From positions 396,979 through 460,978 of the IMG/VR virus record IMGVR_UViG_3300037247_001786: 64,000 nt of DNA, one strand, 5' to 3'. Each line of letters opens with the position of its first letter. The first letter of the stretch is position 1. A model generated the notes under the pieces. The model was not told where the DNA came from, ran no database searches, and saw nothing but the letters and a program-made list of their open reading frames with translations. A program made the translations under genes and the position numbers. This document shows positions 58,086 to 64,000 of this stretch, piece after piece. The stretch is from a virus. Taxonomy: Duplodnaviria; Caudoviricetes.

Positions 58086-58744
58086 TGGGAAGATTCCATG
58101 CAGTAAAAGATCTTTTTTATAAAGATGGATATAAGTTAAAACAATATCAAAAAGATGACTTTGATTATATTATAGATATAGGAGCTAACTCTGGGGCGTT
58201 TTCATTGCTGTCTCATATATATTTTCCTAATGCTAAAGTATATGCTTATGAACCATGCGAAGCTACTTATCAAAAGATGAAAGAAAATTTAATTGATTTT
58301 CATGGTATTAATCTTATTAACAAAGCGTTTGGGAGTGGTGAAGATTTGTTTCTAAAAGTTAATGGGAAGGCTGTGGCAGGAACTAATCAGTTCGTTAAAG
58401 AAGATACGGGGAATCAGAAACAGAAGAGCGTGACACTTGAAGAAATTATTATTAATAATGAGATAGATATGGATAAGAATGTTTTATTAAAAATAGATAT
58501 TGAGGGAGGAGAGGAATGCTTGTTGAATAATAGGTATAATGAAATATTAAAAAAATGTAAACATTTTACTTTTGAAGCTCATTTTAAATGTCGAAAAGTT
58601 AGAAATTTTGATAACCTTCCAGAATGGTCGGTATATAACGATTGGGTATATAGAGTTTTTGAAAAAACACATAATATATTATATCACATGTCCCGCAAAG
58701 CAGGTGGATACGGATTATATGTTTTAAATAGAAAGGAATTATAA
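58085..58744 (+). CDS. FkbM family methyltransferase
   Basis: IDIGANSG, VYAYEP, LKIDIEGGE. Confidence 0.9.
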   Translation: MGRFHAVKDLFYKDGYKLKQYQKDDFDYIIDIGANSGAFSLLSHIYFPNAKVYAYEPCEATYQKMKENLIDFHGINLINKAFGSGEDLFLKVNGKAVAGTNQFVKEDTGNQKQKSVTLEEIIINNEIDMDKNVLLKIDIEGGEECLLNNRYNEILKKCKHFTFEAHFKCRKVRNFDNLPEWSVYNDWVYRVFEKTHNILYHMSRKAGGYGLYVLNRKEL

Positions 58745-59706
58745 TGGGATATTATCAGTCAATTAATGATCGTAGAGGGGAGAGAAGCTGCGAAGAGAGA
58801 TGGGAACTAATTAAAAAAGAAATTTCTTCAGAAGATGGAGGGGTGGTTCTTGATATTGGTTGTGCAGAAGGGTATTTTTGTAAAAAGATAGCCGAAGAAA
58901 CTAATTATTTAGCAGTCGGGTTAGAACGTGATAAAAAAAGAATAGAACGTCAAAAAATATGGGCAAATGACGATTATATTGGTAGGGTGGTTTTGTGTAG
59001 AACAGATATAACTAGTGAAAATATAAATCTTATAGCAAAAGCATGTGACTGGGTCGAAGTTACACTTTTATTGAGTGTTTTGCATTGGATGAAAAACCCT
59101 GATTCTATTTTGAAAGATATTTCCTCTTTCTCTCAAAAAGTAATAATTGAGATACCTAATTTAGATGATAAAAAAGCGTGCGGTCAAGATTTTATAAAAG
59201 GTGTTGCTCATTATGGAGGGGTAGAAAGATATTTAAAAGAAGTGTCAGGAAGGGATGTTAGATTTTTAGCTAATGTTAAAGCCCATACAAGTAGCACTAG
59301 ATCTTTATGGATTATCGAAGGAGATGTTTCTAGATTCTCAAAAATACCTCATGTAAATATGAAACTACCAACAAATAAAAGACTTGAAAAATATAGGACA
59401 TATGAGCATCATCTTATTCAAGGTGAACATAATTTTATTGTTTGTAATAAAATGAGAAAATGGATTTGTGGAATTAATTTAGCGACTTTAGATCACTTGG
59501 GTATATTTTTCCCAGATAAAGAGTGGTTCATAAGGCAATCTACTTTAGAACTACAAAAAATAAAAAATGTTAAAGGAGATGCTAGATACCATAATATTAT
59601 TATAGTTAGGGATGGATTACAATGGATTGACTTATGGGAAAAAGGTGGTAAAAATAGATATGTGGAAGAAATCAAAAATATAAATAATGGTAAAAATAAA
59701 GAATAA
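58744..59706 (+). CDS. class I SAM-dependent methyltransferase
   Basis: VLDIGCAEGYF, LLLSVLHW, VIIE. Confidence 0.85.
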   Translation: MGYYQSINDRRGERSCEERWELIKKEISSEDGGVVLDIGCAEGYFCKKIAEETNYLAVGLERDKKRIERQKIWANDDYIGRVVLCRTDITSENINLIAKACDWVEVTLLLSVLHWMKNPDSILKDISSFSQKVIIEIPNLDDKKACGQDFIKGVAHYGGVERYLKEVSGRDVRFLANVKAHTSSTRSLWIIEGDVSRFSKIPHVNMKLPTNKRLEKYRTYEHHLIQGEHNFIVCNKMRKWICGINLATLDHLGIFFPDKEWFIRQSTLELQKIKNVKGDARYHNIIIVRDGLQWIDLWEKGGKNRYVEEIKNINNGKNKE

Positions 59707-59723
59707 TAGACAAGGAGATTATA

Positions 59724-60023
59724 ATGGCAGATACTATCGGAGATTTAATAGATAAACTATCTATAGCGAATATTAAGTTATGGCATATAGAAGATGAACG
59801 GAGAGAATATTGTGAAGATAAATCTGCAGATCCTGCTATCGGAAAAAAATACTTAAACAAGGTGTCTAATGTTAATAAGGAAAGAAATAGTTTAATAGAC
59901 CAGATTAACGCTTCTTTAAGAGTTCTGATAGATAAGGCGGCGAATAATGACAGTTCATTTAGATTAACAGCGGAAGAATTATTGGGAACTGGTAAAAATA
60001 AATTTTATAGTAAAGAGAAATAA
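59724..60023 (+). CDS. DUF4254-like protein
   Basis: IGDLIDKLSI.NIKLWH.ED.RR..N.ERN.LIDQIN. Confidence 0.7.
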   Translation: MADTIGDLIDKLSIANIKLWHIEDERREYCEDKSADPAIGKKYLNKVSNVNKERNSLIDQINASLRVLIDKAANNDSSFRLTAEELLGTGKNKFYSKEK

Positions 60024-60061
60024 AAAGTACGCTACAGATAAATATTATTGGAAGAAACAGA

Positions 60062-60832
60062 ATGAAAAATTTTATAATAGCAAACAAATCTAAAAGCAGT
60101 CGTTATAAATTTGAAAATATAGAAATATTAATAAAAGCTCAAATAGAAAATAGTCTAGAACTAGGCTGGAAAGAAAAAGATATTATCTTTATAGCTAATT
60201 TTGACTATGATTTTATGGGAGTTAAATCTATTAAAACAGATCTAAACAAAGAATGTTTAACAGGTAGCAAAATGTTCGGTATGAAATATTTGTTTGATAA
60301 TAACTTAGTGAATGATATTATATGGGCACATGATCTAGATGCTTGGCAAAATGTCCCCTTTTCCTGCCCAGAATTTAAAGATGTCGGGATAACATGTTAT
60401 AGCACCCCCAAATATAATGGAGGAAGCATCTTTTGGAAAAAATCATCTGAAGATATTGTTTATAGAATCATAGAAGAAATCAAAAAAAACAAAGAGAATA
60501 AAGAGGAGCCAACCCTAAATAAGGTTTTAAAGTCAAAAGAATACAAAAAAAGAGTTACAAATGTAAATAATACTTTTAATGTAGGGTGTTCAGGATATGT
60601 AAAGAGATGGGATAGGAGTATAAAACCAATAAGAGTTTGTCATTTTCATCCGTATAATAAGATAGCGTGGGAAACTCATTGTTTAGATCGTAATGGACTG
60701 GATATAAAAGGGGTATCAGACCGTTTGGAAAAACTTTTAAGAAAATATTATCCTGATTTAGCTCCTGAATTATCTAAAAACGGCAAGAAAGCCCAAAAAG
60801 AAAGAAAAGAAGCAAGAGCGTCCTTACTTTAA
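60062..60832 (+). CDS. putative nucleotide-sugar transferase (GT-A-like)
   Basis: HDLDAWQ (DxD), YNGGSIFW, HFHP. Confidence 0.55.
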   Translation: MKNFIIANKSKSSRYKFENIEILIKAQIENSLELGWKEKDIIFIANFDYDFMGVKSIKTDLNKECLTGSKMFGMKYLFDNNLVNDIIWAHDLDAWQNVPFSCPEFKDVGITCYSTPKYNGGSIFWKKSSEDIVYRIIEEIKKNKENKEEPTLNKVLKSKEYKKRVTNVNNTFNVGCSGYVKRWDRSIKPIRVCHFHPYNKIAWETHCLDRNGLDIKGVSDRLEKLLRKYYPDLAPELSKNGKKAQKERKEARASLL

Positions 60833-61087
60833 AACAAATCGTTAATATCTTTACCCATATTATAAACAAGGTAATTTCCCTAAAAAAATACAATATAAGA
60901 AGTATATATTTGTAGTTAGTTTTAAGAAATAAAATAAATATTTCAAAATTAATAAAGTAGATAGATTATTTTTTTATATAAAAAACAAGGATTAATAAAT
61001 GCCATTTATATTTGATAATTTTCAAATATTCGAGTACTCCTCCGCCGTCTCTGGAATTTCGAACTTTGCTCTAGTGGAGATAGTATA

Positions 61088-64000
61088 ATGCCAAGCACAG
61101 GTTTTAAACTTACACGAACTGGTGCTGATGGTAATATCTATTCTGGTACTTCATCTTGGACTAATAGTTTTTTCATTACATTTCCTGCTTTAAATACCAC
61201 AAGCTCTATGGGGTTTTTTGCCACTACAGATAGTTTAGAAGGGACTAATTTTGATTTTTCTAGTATTCCTAATGACGCAATTATTGACGGTATTGAAGTT
61301 AGAATTACAAGAAAGGCAAATATTTTAAATGAAGTCAGCGATAGCCAAATTAAGCTTATGCTTTCTGGATCTGCTATTTCCGGTTCAGATAACAAACTTG
61401 CAGGGGAAAATTGGCCTACAACCTTGCAATCAATAACTTATGGAGGTTCAACAGATGACTGGAACGCAAATTTAACTGTATCAGATGTTAAAGATAGTTC
61501 ATTTGGAGTGTATCTCACCGCAAGTAGTCTCCTCTCATCCCCAACTGCTGAAGTGGACACTTTCGAGATGAATGTCCATTATACTGAGACTTCAAGTAGC
61601 TCAAGTTCTGTAAGCAGTTCGAGTTCTGTAAGCAGTTCGAGTTCTGTAAGCAGTTCGAGTTCTTCAATAAGTTCGAGTTCAAGTTCAAGTTCAAGTTCAA
61701 GCTCTTCAATAAGTTCGAGTTCAAGTTCTAGCTCTGAAAGTTCCGCTACGCCAGATTCAATCACTATTTTAGAAATTCTTGAATTACAACTTCCTTTTAT
61801 AATGGAGAAAATAAGTAGTTCAAGTAGTTCAGTAAGTTCTGTCTCAAGCAGCTCTTCCAGTTCTGTAAGTTCTTCCAGTTCTTCAGTCTCAAGTTCTAGC
61901 AGTTCTGTCTCAAGCAGCTCAAATAGTTCTAGCAGTAGCTCTGTTAGCAGTTCATCCAGTTCTGTATCAAGCAGCTCAAATAGTTCTAGCAGTAGCTCGG
62001 TAAGCAGCTCATCTAGTTCTGTAAGTTCAAGTTCAAATAGTTCATCAAGTTCTTCTGTGAGCAGTTCAAGTAGTTCTAGCAGTTCGGTCTCAAGCAGCTC
62101 TGTAAGTTCTAGCAGTAGCTCGGTAAGCAGTTCGTCCAGCTCTGTAAGTAGCAGTAGTTCCAGTTCTATAAGTTCATCCAGTTCTTCAGTTTCGAGTTCA
62201 TCCAGTTCTGTAAGTTCTAGTAGTTCCAGTTCTGTAAGTAGTTCCAGTTCATCAGTAAGCAGTTCGTCCAGTTCTGTATCAAGCAGCTCAAATAGTTCTA
62301 GCAGTAGCTCTGTTAGCAGCTCTTCCAGTTCTGTATCAAGTAGTTCAACTAGCTCCTCTAGTTCTTCAGTAAGTAGTTCTTCCAGTTCTTCTAGTTCTGT
62401 ATCAAGTAGTTCAACTAGCTCCTCCAGTTCTTCAGTAAGTAGTTCTTCCAGTTCTGTAAGTTCAAGTTCTATTAGCTCTTCTAGTAGTTCTGTCTCAAGC
62501 AGTTCAGTTAGTTCCTCCAGTAGCTCTACAAGTTCAAGCTCTTCAGATAGCAGCAGTTCTAGTTCAGCACAGCCAGGATTTATTGATATTTCCTGTGCGG
62601 AAGTAGCTGTCGATACAACTGACTCGGCTGGACTTGAAGATATAGACGGTTTATCTACAACGATAACATTAAGTACGACTGCTCATATCGCTGCTTGGAT
62701 GAGTTTAAGTTCAAGCGTAGATTCAGGAGGGGCTATAGGTAGCTTTGTTATAGATATTAATGGTGCTAATTCACCAACAATCTTAAGGAAACACTCTACT
62801 TCAATAGATATTGGTTCAGTAGGTGTATGCTATCGAACAGTATCTCCTCTTTCGGCCGGAACCTATACGATTAAGGGTGAATGGTCAGTTGATTCCGGTG
62901 CAACATTAACAGGGTCCAGTATCACACTGGTTGCTATGGCACTCGATACTATTGATGGAGATACTATTCCTTCTATTTATGATACTGTAGCTAGTGACAC
63001 AACTGTATCAGCTACTCTCGAAGATATAGATGGATTGACACAAGATCTCACTCTTGCTGGTATCGAGCATCAAGTTGCTGCTTTTTTAGCGGCATCTGCT
63101 AGTAACTCTCTCTCTAATCGAGAGGCTGGAATAGCTCTTGATTTAGATGGTCAAGTAACAGAGATAACTAGAGATATCGGAGTAGGGGGAGATGTCGGGG
63201 CTGTCAATATCGTAGCTCGTACCATCGAGGGGTTAAGTGCTGGCACAGCGACGATAAAGGGACAACATAGTATTTCAGGAGGCACGTTAACAACGGCTCC
63301 TTCTATACTCGTAGGTATCGGTCTTGAGATAAATTCTTCTAATATTGTTACATCGGGAAGGTCATTCGTAGCCTCTGATGACACGGCAGCAAATGCACTT
63401 GAAGATATTGATGGATTAACATTTCCTTTAGTCTTAACTAAAACAACTACGATTATGGCAGCTATGTCGATGGAAACATCAGTTTCTAATGCTAATCGAG
63501 ATGGATTTTTTGCTATTAGTATTGATGGAGTCGATTCTCAGGTAATAACTAGAACTCATGCTACATCGGGAGATCAAGGTAGTATTGTCGCTTATGCATG
63601 CTCCTCGTTAGGTCCAGGGTCTTATACTATTAAAGGAAGATGGTATTCTGAAGGAACGACGACATTAACAGGAACGAATATGACTTTACTTGCTATCGCT
63701 GGACAAGCAGTCGAGGGCAGTTCAAGTAGCTCATCGAAAAGTAGCTCTAGCAGTTCTGTTAGTTCCTCTAGTTCTTCAGTTAGCAGCTCATCTAGTTCTA
63801 TCTCAAGTAGTTCAACTAGTTCTTCCAGTTCTTCAGTAAGCAGTTCTTCTAGTTCCGTATCAAGTAGTTCTGTAAGTTCAAGTAGTTCTTCAGTCAGCAG
63901 CTCATCCAGTTCTGTAAGTTCAAGTTCAATTAGTTCTTCCAGTTCTTCAGTCAGCAGCTCATCCAGTTCTGTAAGTTCAAGTTCAATTAGTTCTTCCAGT
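61088..64000 (+). CDS. poly-serine, multi beta-domain protein, probable virion fibre/surface protein (3'-partial; absent from ORF track)
   Basis: GGAG SD; one open frame from MPSTGFKL.. to the window end; Ser tracts ~61591-61740, ~61814-62565, ~63719-end; three LEDIDGL..G..TIKG repeats between them. Confidence 0.85.
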   Translation, partial: MPSTGFKLTRTGADGNIYSGTSSWTNSFFITFPALNTTSSMGFFATTDSLEGTNFDFSSIPNDAIIDGIEVRITRKANILNEVSDSQIKLMLSGSAISGSDNKLAGENWPTTLQSITYGGSTDDWNANLTVSDVKDSSFGVYLTASSLLSSPTAEVDTFEMNVHYTETSSSSSSVSSSSSVSSSSSVSSSSSSISSSSSSSSSSSSSISSSSSSSSESSATPDSITILEILELQLPFIMEKISSSSSSVSSVSSSSSSSVSSSSSSVSSSSSSVSSSSNSSSSSSVSSSSSSVSSSSNSSSSSSVSSSSSSVSSSSNSSSSSSVSSSSSSSSSVSSSSVSSSSSSVSSSSSSVSSSSSSSISSSSSSVSSSSSSVSSSSSSSVSSSSSSVSSSSSSVSSSSNSSSSSSVSSSSSSVSSSSTSSSSSSVSSSSSSSSSVSSSSTSSSSSSVSSSSSSVSSSSISSSSSSVSSSSVSSSSSSTSSSSSDSSSSSSAQPGFIDISCAEVAVDTTDSAGLEDIDGLSTTITLSTTAHIAAWMSLSSSVDSGGAIGSFVIDINGANSPTILRKHSTSIDIGSVGVCYRTVSPLSAGTYTIKGEWSVDSGATLTGSSITLVAMALDTIDGDTIPSIYDTVASDTTVSATLEDIDGLTQDLTLAGIEHQVAAFLAASASNSLSNREAGIALDLDGQVTEITRDIGVGGDVGAVNIVARTIEGLSAGTATIKGQHSISGGTLTTAPSILVGIGLEINSSNIVTSGRSFVASDDTAANALEDIDGLTFPLVLTKTTTIMAAMSMETSVSNANRDGFFAISIDGVDSQVITRTHATSGDQGSIVAYACSSLGPGSYTIKGRWYSEGTTTLTGTNMTLLAIAGQAVEGSSSSSSKSSSSSSVSSSSSSVSSSSSSISSSSTSSSSSSVSSSSSSVSSSSVSSSSSSVSSSSSSVSSSSISSSSSSVSSSSSSVSSSSISSSS

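Noticed and set aside
142-60000. Most other short minus-strand or nested ORFs in the track
   Set aside because: They overlap better-supported + strand genes, lack SD sites and have the F/L/I-rich composition of antisense AT-rich frames.
61138-63384. Minus-strand ORFs such as LELELE.. (61579-61764, 61515-61724, 61138-61395, 63151-63384)
   Set aside because: They are antisense shadows of the poly-Ser ORF.
1-64000. Stop-codon reassignment as in some huge phages
   Set aside because: Standard-code ORFs tile the window densely; recognisable proteins are intact; TAA, TAG and TGA all end genes.

Overview
The window looks like part of a large, AT-rich bacteriophage genome: dense short ORFs, standard genetic code, GGAG-type Shine-Dalgarno sites and bacterial-type auxiliary genes. 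I saw no rRNA, tRNA, CRISPR array, integrase or core capsid/terminase/polymerase gene. There are four zones. (1) 1-31.4 kb is a co-oriented array of small gene modules delimited by 53 copies of one ~40-75 bp element (TTGCCAGAGT-N15-TTATA, often followed by an A-rich leader and GGAG). The upstream gene usually stops at or inside the element, and several modules carry only structured RNA. (2) 31.7-51.4 kb holds + strand accessory genes with ordinary TTGAAA/TAnnAT promoters, a cluster of proteins with an N-terminal WYKQSQ-like tag including an ArdC-N/metallopeptidase protein, RNase HI, FeoA and an HNH endonuclease. (3) 51.4-53.6 kb is a short minus-strand block headed by EF-Ts. (4) 53.7-64 kb is a glycosyltransferase/methyltransferase operon followed by a poly-serine, beta-domain protein that runs off the window end. 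Family names were recognised from motifs by eye; no database was searched. Several start codons were moved from the ORF track to the ATG that fits an SD site or the promoter.
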